Under the pieces are notes generated by a model. It was given only the letters and a program-made list of their open reading frames with translations, was not told the origin of the DNA and did not search any database. From an uncultured Phycisphaerales bacterium (lineage in GTDB: Bacteria > Planctomycetota > Phycisphaerae > Tepidisphaerales > Tepidisphaeraceae): a stretch of DNA of 64,000 nt. The position numbers and the translations under genes are program-made. Below are positions 54,798-64,000 of this stretch, in pieces (the first letter of the stretch is position 1; each line of letters starts with the position of its first letter). Where the stretch lies: assembly GCA_963758525.1 (NCBI GenBank), contig CAVWVQ010000003.1, positions 2,848,001-2,912,000 on the forward strand, in the 5' to 3' direction.

Positions 54798-55151
54798 TCA
54801 CATGCCAGGGCGGTAGCGTTGCGCGAAACGGAACGTTTGGAAAATGGGCATCACCAGGCAGATGCAGGGGGCAAATCCCAACGCAAGCGTGAGCACCGGG
54901 TGCGGCAGCAGCGGGAGGAAGAAACAGACGATGCCCACAAGGACGAGCGGCACCGACCAGACCATCATGTGTTTGCCCCCAAAGCGATTGATGGCAAACC
55001 AATAATCGTCTGACCGCAACGATTGAGACAGACGAATGCCGTAAAAGCGGTTGCGTCCGATGCGTCCCTGCGCGAGCGGGATGCAAACCCCGATGATGAG
55101 CAAGCCGGTGATGGTCCAACTCGTGCCAAGAATGATTGCAACAGGATCCAT
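54798..55151 (-). CDS. SdpI/YhfL-family membrane protein
   Basis: NRFYGIR...SDDYWFAINRFGG; three TM segments. Confidence 0.8.
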   Translation of the reverse strand: MDPVAIILGTSWTITGLLIIGVCIPLAQGRIGRNRFYGIRLSQSLRSDDYWFAINRFGGKHMMVWSVPLVLVGIVCFFLPLLPHPVLTLALGFAPCICLVMPIFQTFRFAQRYRPGM

Positions 55152-55192
55152 TTGATCTCCCGGAAGGCGACCATTGGAATAATAGCATTCAT

Positions 55193-55301
55193 GTGGCATT
55201 GGCGTCTCGCCCATGTCGGCTGCGCCGTGTTTCAGAAATCGCTCGATATCAGATGTTCTCTTTCTCTCACGTCGCCAACAAGGGCGAGACGCCCATGCCA
55301 C
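55193..55301. repeat. GTGG-type REP inverted pair
   Basis: gtggcattggcgtctcgcccatg...agggcgagacgcccatgccac. Confidence 0.7.
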
Positions 55302-55335
55302 GAGGGCAATCGCATGTGGACAAAACCGGCTCTGG

Positions 55336-55452
55336 TCCCCTCTCTCGGTACTCCGGGAGAGGGTGAGGGTGAGGGTGATTTCGAGCATCGATGGCACTTG
55401 ACATTCCAAATCACCCTCACCCCAACCCTCTCCCGGCGTACCGGGAGAGGGA
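55336..55452. repeat. Bipartite palindromic repeat, intergenic copy
   Basis: cccctctctcggtactccgggagagggtgagggtgagggtga...tcaccctcaccccaaccctctcccggcgtaccgggagaggg. Confidence 0.88.
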
Positions 55453-55547
55453 GCAGAAGCCACATGCGATCGCCCTGCCCATGCCACGGCGACGCAGCTC
55501 AGAGCGTTGGAATCAATCCGCACCGGCGAGTACGATGGTTGCTTCCA

Positions 55548-56891
55548 ATGTCATCCAAAAAAGCCATCGAAGCGTTGCCACTTTCCGCCAAGGCGCGGCG
55601 GACGCCTGACCAGCCGATCAGTTACCTGATTTCGGTGGTGATGCGCAATCCGCGACTGATCAATCTTGCCGCCGGGCTGGTCGATCCACTGACGCTGCCG
55701 GTGGAGGAGTGCGATGCGATTACACGGAAGATTTTTTCCGATCCGCAGCGCGGGCGCGCGGCGCTGCAATATGACACGACGATCGGGTTGAAGGATCTGC
55801 GCGCTGCGGCGCTGCGGCATATTGAGACGCTCGAAAGCAGATCAGCCGCGGAAATGGGGCTCTCGCCGGATCACATCGTGGTGACGACCGGGTCGCAGCA
55901 GGCGCTGTATCTGCTGGGAGACGTGCTGCTGGATCCCGGCGATATCGTGATCGCGGCGCAGCCGAGCTATTTCGTCTATACCGGCGCGGTCGCGTCGCTG
56001 GGGGCGACGGTGCTGACGGTGCCGATGGATGATGACGGGATGGATGTCGAAGCGGTGGCGGCGCTGCTGGCGAAGCTAGAGGGCGACGGCCGGCTGTCGC
56101 GCGTGAAGATGGTCTACTGCACCAGCTATTTCCAGAATCCGACGGGACTGACGCTCTCGCTGGCGCGGCGTCCCCGATTGCTGGAGATCGTCCGGCAATT
56201 CAGCCGATCGCATCGCATCACGATCCTGGAGGACGCGGCGTACCGCGAGCTGCGTTATGACGGCGACGCGCTGCCGTCGATCAAATCGTTCGATGCGGAC
56301 AATCGCCATACCGCGCTGAGCCAGACGTTCAGCAAGCCGTTTGCCCCGGGGTTGAAGCTCGGATTCACGGCGATGCCCGGCGATCTGCTCGAAGCGGTTT
56401 TGCATCAGAAGGGAAATCACGACTTTGGCTCATCGAGCCTGGCGCAGCACATCGCCTTCGAATCGCTGCACGATTCCAGCTACTTCTCGCACGTTGCCAG
56501 GCTGCGGCGCAGCTATCGCGAGAAGCGCGACGCGATGCTGACCGCCTTGGATCGGTATATCCCGCGCGATGCGGGAATCAGTTGGACACGCCCGCATGGC
56601 GGGTTGTACGTCTGGATGACGCTGCCCAAACATCTCGACACATCGCGCAACGGAACGATGTTTGAGGCGGCGCTGGAAGCCGGCGTCGTGTACGTTCCCG
56701 GCGACTATTGCTCGCAGCCTGGTGCGGATGGGCTGGTCCCCAGGCACCAGCTGCGCCTGAGTTTCGGCCAGGTCGCCGAGGAGCAGATCGAACCGGGAAT
56801 TGAGCTCCTGGCGGGAGTCATCCGTCATCAACTTGCCTCGCGCCCGCAAGTGCGCGAGGCCGCCCCGTCGGCCGCGGGGTCGGCGCGATGA
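55548..56891 (+). CDS. PLP-dependent aminotransferase class I/II (LysN-like)
   Basis: TTGSQQAL, FQNPTG, EDAAY, TFSKPFAPGLKLG. Confidence 0.88.
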   Translation: MSSKKAIEALPLSAKARRTPDQPISYLISVVMRNPRLINLAAGLVDPLTLPVEECDAITRKIFSDPQRGRAALQYDTTIGLKDLRAAALRHIETLESRSAAEMGLSPDHIVVTTGSQQALYLLGDVLLDPGDIVIAAQPSYFVYTGAVASLGATVLTVPMDDDGMDVEAVAALLAKLEGDGRLSRVKMVYCTSYFQNPTGLTLSLARRPRLLEIVRQFSRSHRITILEDAAYRELRYDGDALPSIKSFDADNRHTALSQTFSKPFAPGLKLGFTAMPGDLLEAVLHQKGNHDFGSSSLAQHIAFESLHDSSYFSHVARLRRSYREKRDAMLTALDRYIPRDAGISWTRPHGGLYVWMTLPKHLDTSRNGTMFEAALEAGVVYVPGDYCSQPGADGLVPRHQLRLSFGQVAEEQIEPGIELLAGVIRHQLASRPQVREAAPSAAGSAR

Positions 56892-58557
56892 GCCGAACGA
56901 TCTTCTGGTATATCTTCAAGGACCTGGTGCGGGTGTTTCTGCTGGCCAGCGGTGCGCTCGCGGGGATCATGAGCTTTGGAGGATTGCTCCGTCCCCTGAC
57001 CCATCAGGGCCTGGACATCGAGCAGGTCGGAAAGGTGCTCACCTATTTCGGCCCGGCGATGACGACCTATTCCTTTCCCATCGCGGCCCTGTTCGCAACC
57101 ACCATGATTTACGGCCGCCTCGGCGCCGACAATGAGCTGACGGCATTCCGCGCCGGCGGGTTGAGCCTCGTGTCTCTTTCCGTGGCCGGGCCCGCGCTGG
57201 TTTTGGGGCTGATCGTCGCGACGGTCAGCCTGCTGTTCCTCTGTTTCGTCGTCCCGGCATGCACGCTGCGCGTGGAGAAAGTGCTGTATTCCAATTTCGC
57301 GCAGCTCGTGGCCAACCACATCGAGCGGACGCACGAGATTGAATTCGGACAGTACACCATTTTCGCGCAGGAAGCGTGGGTCCCGCCGCTGGATCCCAAG
57401 GCAGGGGGGCAGCAACAGGTGGTGTTGCGCGGGCCGACGATCGTGACCGATGAGCACCCGCTGAAGGATGACCCAACCTTTCGCGTTCCGAAGGAATTTT
57501 CCACCGCGGCGCAGGCGGTGGTCTTCATCGATCATCGGCCGGATGACGAACAGGTCTACCTGACCGTGCGCCTGGAAGATGGATTTCGGTTTCCGCGCCG
57601 GTTCGAGGAATCGATGCAGGCCGGCGTTGAAGAAACCGTGGTCGGGCCGATTCTGCTTCCGTCGCCGATCAAGGAAGACACCAAGTTCATGGACGTATGG
57701 AAGCTCAAATGGCTGTATAACCACCCATGGTTCAGTCAAAACCTCCGCGAGCAAGTCGGGAATCTCATGCGGCAGGATCAGTCCAGAACATTCCTGGATC
57801 TGACGCGGAATCAACTGAACGGTCCGGAGAATCAGGCGGTGTTCAATTTTGAACCCGGCGAGCGCTACATCCTCGGGCGCGAGCCCGGCGCGCCCGGGCC
57901 ATCAATAGCAGCGCAACAGAAATCGCGATCAAGCCGTCCGCGCCGGGGGGGCCGCGGCTGACGATCTTCCGGCGGGAATTGCCGCAATTGCCGGCGTCGG
58001 TCGTCCGCGCCAGCGAACTGCATTTTCGCGCGAACCCCGCCAGCGACGACCAGAGCATGGATTGTTCGGTGAGCCTGCTCGACTGCACCACCGACACCGA
58101 GCAGGGCCCCGCGCCGCGGGCTAATTTCTCGCAGCAGTTTACTGCGCCGATGCCCGCGAAAGTCGCCGGGATCTCGCACCGCGGGCTGAAGTATTACGAG
58201 AATCAGCCGCAGGCGATGATGCTGCGGCACGATGAGCTGATCCTGCTCAACAAGATTGTCGCTGAGTGTCACAATCGCGCGTCGTTCGCGATCAGTTGCC
58301 TGATTCTGGTGATGGTCGGCTCCTCGCTGGGCATGATTTTTCGCAGCGGGAATTTCCTGACCGCGTTTGCCGTCAGTTTCATTCCCGCATTGCTGAGCAT
58401 CACGCTGACGATCGCCGGCCAGCGCACCGCCGGCAACATTCCGCTCAAGGGAAGCGGCGCGGATCCGCTGATGCTGGGACTGTCGCTGATCTGGATGGGA
58501 AATGTGATCAATTTGGTGATTGCCGCCTGCCTTCTCCTGCGTCTGCACCGCAAATGA
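56888..58557 (+). CDS. lptF: LptF/LptG-family LPS export permease, one frameshift near 57910
   Basis: YGRLGADNELTAFRAGG; RASFAISCL..GSSLG. Confidence 0.75.
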
Positions 58558-59735
58558 AGATCATCGACCGCTACGTCATCGCGAGCTTCATCAAGAACTA
58601 CGCCATCAGCTTTATGGTGCTGGTGGGGATGTATGTGGTGCTCGACATGGTGTTCAACTTCAGCAATCTCGTGCAGTTTCAGGCCACCGGAAGCACCGTG
58701 CAGAATCTGTTCGACACGCTCCGCGACATCGCGGATTATTACTTCTACCAGTGCTTCCTGTTCTTCGTGCAGCTTTCGGGAATCATCCCGGTGGTCGCCG
58801 CCGCGTTCACGCTGATGCGCCTGAGCCGATTCAACGAGCTGACCGCGCTGCTGGCGGCGGGAATGCCGCTGCTGCGGGTTTCGATGCCGATCATCATCGC
58901 GGCACTGATTCTCAACAGCCTGGTGCTGGTCGATCAGGAAGTGCTGATTCCGCGAATGATTCCGAAGCTCACCCGCGAGCACAACGACATTCACGAGTCG
59001 GCCACCAACTACTACACGGTGCGGGCGATGCAGGACGCCGACGGCGGGCTATTTTACGCCGCGCGCTACTTTCCGTCGCCGCCCGATGCCCCGCCGACCA
59101 TCTCCGAGCTGACCGTTATTCAGCGCAGCGAAGTGACGCATCACCATGTTGACGCCTCGGGCAATGTGGTCGACGAGCAGGTGCTCGAGCCATATGCAAA
59201 GATCGTCGCCAAGTCGGCAGTGTGGGACGCGGCCCACGCGCAATGGAATCTCACCGAAGGCCGCCGCGCCACCGGTCTGCGCCCCGACGATCGCACCGCC
59301 GCTCAATCTCCGTGCGCCGTCTATTCCAGCGGCGCGACGCCGGAAGAGATCGGCCTGTATCGCAGCGGCAACTTCGTCGATCTGCTTTCGACGGAGCGCA
59401 TCGACGAGCTGCTCGCCCGCCCCAAGAGCTACGGCCGGCTCAGCCTGTGGCGCGTGAAGCACTGGCGGTTCACCCAGCCGTTGATGAATGTCATTTTGCT
59501 GCTGCTGGCCATTCCCTGCGTCCTCACCCCCGAGCCGCGCCAGCTCAAGGCCGCCGCCACCAAAACGCTGATTCTCACCGGCATCGCCATGGGCAGCGTC
59601 TTCCTTTCACAGCAGCTTGCCGCCACGCCCCTGTCGGGATTTCCCCCCGACCGCTGGACCGCGCTGATGGCCTGGCTTCCCGTCTTCATCTTCGGTCCCG
59701 TCTCGGTTTATTTATTGGACCGAGTGAAGAGCTGA
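58554..59735 (+). CDS. lptG: LptF/LptG-family LPS export permease
   Basis: MKIIDRY, NELTALLAAG, AWLPVFIF. Confidence 0.8.
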   Translation: MKIIDRYVIASFIKNYAISFMVLVGMYVVLDMVFNFSNLVQFQATGSTVQNLFDTLRDIADYYFYQCFLFFVQLSGIIPVVAAAFTLMRLSRFNELTALLAAGMPLLRVSMPIIIAALILNSLVLVDQEVLIPRMIPKLTREHNDIHESATNYYTVRAMQDADGGLFYAARYFPSPPDAPPTISELTVIQRSEVTHHHVDASGNVVDEQVLEPYAKIVAKSAVWDAAHAQWNLTEGRRATGLRPDDRTAAQSPCAVYSSGATPEEIGLYRSGNFVDLLSTERIDELLARPKSYGRLSLWRVKHWRFTQPLMNVILLLLAIPCVLTPEPRQLKAAATKTLILTGIAMGSVFLSQQLAATPLSGFPPDRWTALMAWLPVFIFGPVSVYLLDRVKS

Positions 59736-59740
59736 GGCAG

Positions 59741-59818
59741 GGTTCAGGGTGTCGGGGTTCAGGGTTCAGGGTTCAGGGTTCAGGGTTCAGGGTTCAGGGT
59801 TCAGGGTTCAGGGTTCAG
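59741..59818. repeat. Heptamer tandem repeat: GGTTCAG, a GGTGTCGG variant, then (GGTTCAG)x9
   Basis: Read directly; reverse complement of the array at 24697. Confidence 0.95.
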
Positions 59819-59930
59819 CAGAAAACGAGTGCCGAAGTGTTGCGGCTATTTGCTTTTGGCCGGGGCGCATCGTAGATCATTTTGGTCGGGCCTGATGAAC
59901 CTGACCAAAGTCTTCTTCCCCTTTCTGGCT

Positions 59931-59964
59931 GCGCCGGCCGTGCCCACACGGCCGGCGTTTTTTT
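59931..59964 (+). terminator. Rho-independent terminator
   Basis: cgccggccgtg-ccca-cacggccggcg followed by T7. Confidence 0.8.
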
Positions 59965-60040
59965 ACCGATGTCGAGCAGAAAGCTCACGGCTCAATTGCC
60001 CCCGGTTCAGAAAGCGGTTCCAGAATCCCAAATCCGCCTC

Positions 60041-60126
60041 ACCACGCCGAGTCTGAGGTACCCCGAAGGCTCGGATTTCCTCGGTGCTCCATCCGAGCCT
60101 TCGGAGTACCTCAGACTCGGCATGGT
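60041..60126. repeat. Long near-perfect palindrome (REP-like)
   Basis: gccgagtctgaggtaccccgaaggctcggat...atccgagccttcggagtacctcagactcggc. Confidence 0.8.
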
Positions 60127-60222
60127 TGTGAAACCGGACGCTTAGTAGCTTGCGGCGCCGACGATCCCACCCCAATTTCCGGGGGTGTAACTTTTATTGT
60201 GGCGATTGCAGATTTTGCGATC

Positions 60223-60290
60223 GTAGGGCGGGATTCATCCCGCCGTTTTCTCAGCCGGCCAACAAATCGGCGGGATGAATCCCGCCCTAC
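60223..60290. repeat. GTAG-type REP doublet
   Basis: gtagggcgggattcatcccgcc...ggcgggatgaatcccgccctac. Confidence 0.85.
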
Positions 60291-60512
60291 TCGGAGCCGA
60301 TCGCCACTTTCGAGCGCCACACCCATTTCCGGATGTTTCCCGGATTTTGATTGACCCGCCTTGGCGCGATTTCTACACTGCTGCCCGCAGATCGACGTGC
60401 CAATCTCCGAGGACATCGGAGGGAAATTCCTGTCGGCCGTTACGGTGTTTCGACAACTCAATGTTGCGCAGGCGCTTGACGCCGGGCTCTTGCCGTTGAA
60501 CAGTCTCTCGGC

Positions 60513-61457
60513 ATGAACCTTTTGGCGCCGGCGAAAATCAATCTTCACCTGCGGGTCGGACGCCGGCGCGACGATGGATTTCATCCGCTGGTCTCCTGGA
60601 TGTGCACCGTCGGGCTCTTTGACAACCTGACCCTCGAGCCGGTCCATATCGATCCCATCTCTGAACGCGGGGCCGGCTCGCGATACGTGACTCTTGTTTG
60701 TGACGCACCTGATCTGGCGGTCGATCAGACGAATCTGGTCGTGCGCACCGCAGCCGGCTTTTTGGAGGCGGCGCGCACGACGCACGAGGTCCCCGCCACC
60801 GCGGGCTTCCACGCCACGCTCGTCAAACGAATCCCCATGGGCGCAGGGCTTGGCGGCGGAAGTTCGGATGGCGCCCGCGCGCTGCTGGGATTGAATGCTT
60901 ACTTCCGAACCGACTGGCCGGCGAGCAAGCTGTCGGCGTTCGCAGCCCGGTTCGGGAGTGACATGCCTTTTTTTGTCCATGGCCCAAGCAGCATTTGCAG
61001 GGGGCGGGGCGAATTCGTCCGGCCGATCGCTTCGCCGGCGCCGCAGTGGGCGGTATTGCTTCTGCCCGACATCATGATGCCGACGGCGCAAGTCTACCGG
61101 CGATTTGACGAGATGGGCCTCGGCAACGACCGCGAAGTAGAAGCTGAATTGAACTGGGCCTCGTGGTCGCGATTGGGCGTTCAAGAGCTGCTTTTCAATC
61201 TCGTCAACGACCTCGAACCGCCGGCTTTTGCCATCGCTCCGGCACTCGCGGACCTTCGTCAACAGGCGGAACAGATCGTGAAGCGGCCGGTCCGCATGAG
61301 CGGCAGCGGCAGCAGTTTGTTCACGCTCTTCGATCACCAGGCCGAGGCGGACACCGCCGCGCGGGAGCTCGGAAAGCGACTGGATGTCCGCGCCATGGCC
61401 GTTCAACTCGCTCCCGATCTTCTCGACGATCTTCATAAGCCACGCGTCGACCCCTGA
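60513..61457 (+). CDS. ispE: 4-diphosphocytidyl-2-C-methyl-D-erythritol kinase
   Basis: APAKINL, KRIPMGAGLGGGSSD, GSDMPFF, MSGSGS. Confidence 0.95.
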   Translation: MNLLAPAKINLHLRVGRRRDDGFHPLVSWMCTVGLFDNLTLEPVHIDPISERGAGSRYVTLVCDAPDLAVDQTNLVVRTAAGFLEAARTTHEVPATAGFHATLVKRIPMGAGLGGGSSDGARALLGLNAYFRTDWPASKLSAFAARFGSDMPFFVHGPSSICRGRGEFVRPIASPAPQWAVLLLPDIMMPTAQVYRRFDEMGLGNDREVEAELNWASWSRLGVQELLFNLVNDLEPPAFAIAPALADLRQQAEQIVKRPVRMSGSGSSLFTLFDHQAEADTAARELGKRLDVRAMAVQLAPDLLDDLHKPRVDP

Positions 61458-61475
61458 TTCCGGATGGCGCTCCCC

Positions 61476-61583
61476 GTGGCACGGGCGTCCCGCCCGTGTC
61501 TGTTGCGCGGAGCTTAAGAAACATCTGGATAGCAACGGTTCTGCACCTCCACGTCGCTCGCACGGGCAGGATGCCCGTGCCAC
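61476..61583. repeat. GTGG-type REP inverted pair
   Basis: gtggcacgggcgtcccgcccgtg...cacgggcaggatgcccgtgccac. Confidence 0.75.
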
Positions 61584-61718
61584 GATTCAAGTCACCTGCG
61601 AATACGCGCTCCGCTGCGCGTCGCGGCTAACCTGATGGGGCTCTTGCTGCTGAAGCCCCTACACGATTCATTTCTCCTCCGTTTCTCACCCACATCCCTC
61701 ACCTTAGGAGATATCACC

Positions 61719-62225
61719 ATGCATCTCACGGAAATTCGCATCAACCTCTGCCCCCCAGGCGGCGCGAGCCGTCTCAAGGCGTTCTGCTCTCTCACCTTTG
61801 ACAACACGTTTGTCGTCCGCGACGTCAAACTCATCGACGGCCATGACGGGCTGTTCGTCGCCATGCCTTCCCGCAAGCTGACGGACCATTGCCCGCGTTG
61901 CACCGAGAAAAACCATTTGAGGTCCAAATTTTGCAATCAGTGCGGCCATCGCCTCGACCCCGAACGGGCCGCGCGCGCACGCGACGGGGTTGGAACCCCG
62001 ATCCGCCCGAAGCTGCACGCGGATATTGCCCACCCGATCAGCGTCAATTCCCGGCGGGAGATCGAGAGCCAGGTCGTCCATGCCTATCGCAATGAGGTGG
62101 AACGCAGCAAGCAGCCGGGTTATATCGCCCCGTCGCTTGACGCCGAAGATTTCGAGCTTTATGATTCCCGCCCGGTTCGGGAGCACGACCCCGTGTCGCA
62201 GTTGCGCCCGATCGGCACCGCCTAA
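61719..62225 (+). CDS. spoVG: SpoVG-family protein with a zinc-ribbon insert
   Basis: LKAFCSLTFDNTFVVRDVK, FVAMPSRK, CPRC/CNQC, DIAHPI. Confidence 0.9.
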   Translation: MHLTEIRINLCPPGGASRLKAFCSLTFDNTFVVRDVKLIDGHDGLFVAMPSRKLTDHCPRCTEKNHLRSKFCNQCGHRLDPERAARARDGVGTPIRPKLHADIAHPISVNSRREIESQVVHAYRNEVERSKQPGYIAPSLDAEDFELYDSRPVREHDPVSQLRPIGTA

Positions 62226-62246
62226 GCAGCGGTTGCATGCGATATC

Positions 62247-62297
62247 ATGATTGCTCCTTGCCTATCCTCCCCATCGCTCGCGGTGGTCGTACGATAG
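62247..62297 (+). promoter_or_regulatory. Candidate ilvB attenuator leader peptide MIAPCLSSPSLAVVVR
   Basis: Short ORF with Leu and three tandem Val codons just before its stop, 165 nt upstream of ilvB. Confidence 0.5.
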
Positions 62298-62462
62298 GCC
62301 GGTACGCAGATGGCTCCGTTTATTCGGATCATCGCCCCGGCCCTCAGTCGCCTTGCCGTTTCTTTTCCCCGTTTTGCCAATTTTTTGCCAGTAATGTTTG
62401 ATGCGTGTCTGCCGTCCCGATAGAGTTGACGGTTTGCACAATCCAGAAACAGAGTGACCGCT

Positions 62463-64000
62463 ATGTCCACACTCCAGTCCAAGCCCCCAATCGCAGCTCC
62501 CGCCCCAGCCAAGCCCCGTTACAAGGGCAAGTCGGGTGCGCGGATCTTCCACGAAATGCTCATTCAGCAGCACAAGGTGGAACTGATGTTCGGATATCCC
62601 GGCGGAGCGATCCTGCCGGTGTTTGACGAGCTGTACAAAACCCCCGCCAAGTTCATTCTCAACCGTCACGAGCAGAGCTCCGGCCATTGCGCCGACGGCT
62701 ATGCCCGCGCTACCGGCAAGCCGGGCGTCTGCATCGTCACCAGCGGCCCGGGCGCCACCAACACGGTCACCCCGCTGGCGACCGCTCAGATGGACTCAAT
62801 TCCGATCCTCGTTTTCAGCGGCCAGGTCGCGACGAAAGTGATCGGCAATGACGCGTTTCAGGAAGCCGACGTCACCGGCATCACCCGCCCCTGCACCAAG
62901 TGGAACTATCTGGTGAAAGACGTGCGGGAACTGCCGCGCGTGATCAACGAGGCGTTTCTGATTGCAACGTCGGGCCGGCCCGGTCCCGTGCTGGTGGACC
63001 TGCCCAAGGATGTGACAACGGCGATCTGTCCCGAGGAAGTGGACGACCATCCCCGCGAGCATCTGCTCAACAAGCGCCGCCTCGCCTCGACTCACTCGGC
63101 GCACGCCCACCAGGCAGAGGCAGCCGCGGAGCTGATGAACAGTGCGGAGCGTCCGGTTCTCTACGTGGGCGGCGGAGCGATCATCGCCGGGGCCTACGAC
63201 GCGCTCAAGAAAGTCGCCAACAAGGGAAACATCCCCGTCACCACCACGCTGCTGGGCCTGGGCGCGTTTGACGAGCACGATCCCAAGTCCCTGAACATGC
63301 TCGGCATGCATGGCAGCGCCTATGCGAATTATGCCGTCCAGGAGTGCGATTGTCTGATTGCCGTTGGCGCCCGCTTCGACGACCGCGTGACCGGCAATCT
63401 CGCCACTTTCGCCCCCAAGGCGAAGATCATTCATATCGATATCGATCCCAGCTCGATCAGCAAGAACGTTGACGTGGACGTGGCCGTCATCGGCGACGCC
63501 CGCCAGGGTCTGGAATTCATCGCCCAGCATCTCGAGCACCGGGATCGGCACGAGTGGTTCAGCAAGATCAATAGTTGGAAAAAACGCTATCCGTTCAAAT
63601 ACCTCGACGACAGCAAGAATTCCAAGCCGCAATTCGTGATCGAAGAGATCCATCGCCAGACCAACGGCGAAGCCATCATCACCACCGGCGTCGGCCAGCA
63701 TCAGATGTGGGCCGCGCAGTTTTACCGCTGGCGTTTCCCCCGCCAGATGATCACCAGCGGCGGCCTTGGAACCATGGGCTATGGCCTGCCCAGCGCCATG
63801 GGCGCACAGCTCGGTTCCCCTGGCAAGACTGTCATCGACATCGACGGCGACGCCAGCTTCCTCATGACCTGTTCGGAGATGGCAACCATCGCCGAATACA
63901 AGATCCCGGTGAAGATCGCGATTCTCAACAACGACTTCCAGGGCATGGTGAAGCAGTGGCAGGACTTGTTCTATCAGCGCCGCTACTCGCAGACCGTGAT
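62463..64000 (+). CDS. ilvB: Acetolactate synthase large subunit, runs off the window end
   Basis: [43 protein letters not shown]. Confidence 0.95.
   Translation, partial: MSTLQSKPPIAAPAPAKPRYKGKSGARIFHEMLIQQHKVELMFGYPGGAILPVFDELYKTPAKFILNRHEQSSGHCADGYARATGKPGVCIVTSGPGATNTVTPLATAQMDSIPILVFSGQVATKVIGNDAFQEADVTGITRPCTKWNYLVKDVRELPRVINEAFLIATSGRPGPVLVDLPKDVTTAICPEEVDDHPREHLLNKRRLASTHSAHAHQAEAAAELMNSAERPVLYVGGGAIIAGAYDALKKVANKGNIPVTTTLLGLGAFDEHDPKSLNMLGMHGSAYANYAVQECDCLIAVGARFDDRVTGNLATFAPKAKIIHIDIDPSSISKNVDVDVAVIGDARQGLEFIAQHLEHRDRHEWFSKINSWKKRYPFKYLDDSKNSKPQFVIEEIHRQTNGEAIITTGVGQHQMWAAQFYRWRFPRQMITSGGLGTMGYGLPSAMGAQLGSPGKTVIDIDGDASFLMTCSEMATIAEYKIPVKIAILNNDFQGMVKQWQDLFYQRRYSQTV

Noticed and set aside
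55023..55547. Long N-terminal extensions of the aminotransferase and the SdpI-like ORF containing repeat-derived peptides
   Set aside because: Read-through of intergenic repeats; better starts exist at 55548 and 55151, so these were not counted as coding insertions
59222..59875. ORF with GSGFRVQ repeats
   Set aside because: Out-of-frame overlap with lptG plus translation of the GGTTCAG array
59892..59898. CTGATGA hammerhead ribozyme core
   Set aside because: Sits in a simple hairpin loop; no stem II followed by GAAA and no three-way junction
62226..62460. tRNA or T-box between spoVG and ilvB
   Set aside because: No cloverleaf with a TTCGA arm and no T-box consensus visible

Overview
High-GC bacterial DNA, most likely a soil or sediment Planctomycetota (Phycisphaerae-like) genome. 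This is inferred from a DUF4058 gene, a LEPR-XLL-type secretion motif, a Zn-ribbon SpoVG and a PA14/multihaem cytochrome pair. Many long genes are split by single-base frameshifts, which look like long-read indel errors. Layout: (1) a hybrid histidine kinase with an ethylene-receptor-like membrane sensor, followed by three tandem REC-GGDEF genes (1.5-7.9 kb); (2) a complete group 1h (high-affinity, Hhy-type) [NiFe]-hydrogenase cluster: hypF-C-D, gmhA-like, hypE, hhyS, hhyL, hhyE, hhaA-B-C, small proteins, YceI, protease, hypA, hypB (8.2-23.4 kb), with a palindromic repeat inserted in frame in several genes; (3) a mosaic island around a RAYT/Y1 transposase, with a 133-bp MITE, REP-like junctions and gene fragments (24.3-32.2 kb); (4) GT-C membrane proteins, a methyltransferase and a phosphatase; (5) a secreted lysozyme-like gene interrupted by IS5, and a HEPN gene pair bracketed by two truncated ASCH copies (37.5-41.7 kb); (6) mbfA, the cytochrome c/beta-propeller pair, an orphan bufferin-like Cys-rich peptide, a Na+/H+ antiporter, a two-component system and housekeeping genes (comF, lptF/G, ispE, spoVG, ilvB with a candidate leader peptide). 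No rRNA, tRNA or CRISPR array was seen. Family assignments come from motif recognition by eye; no searches were run.
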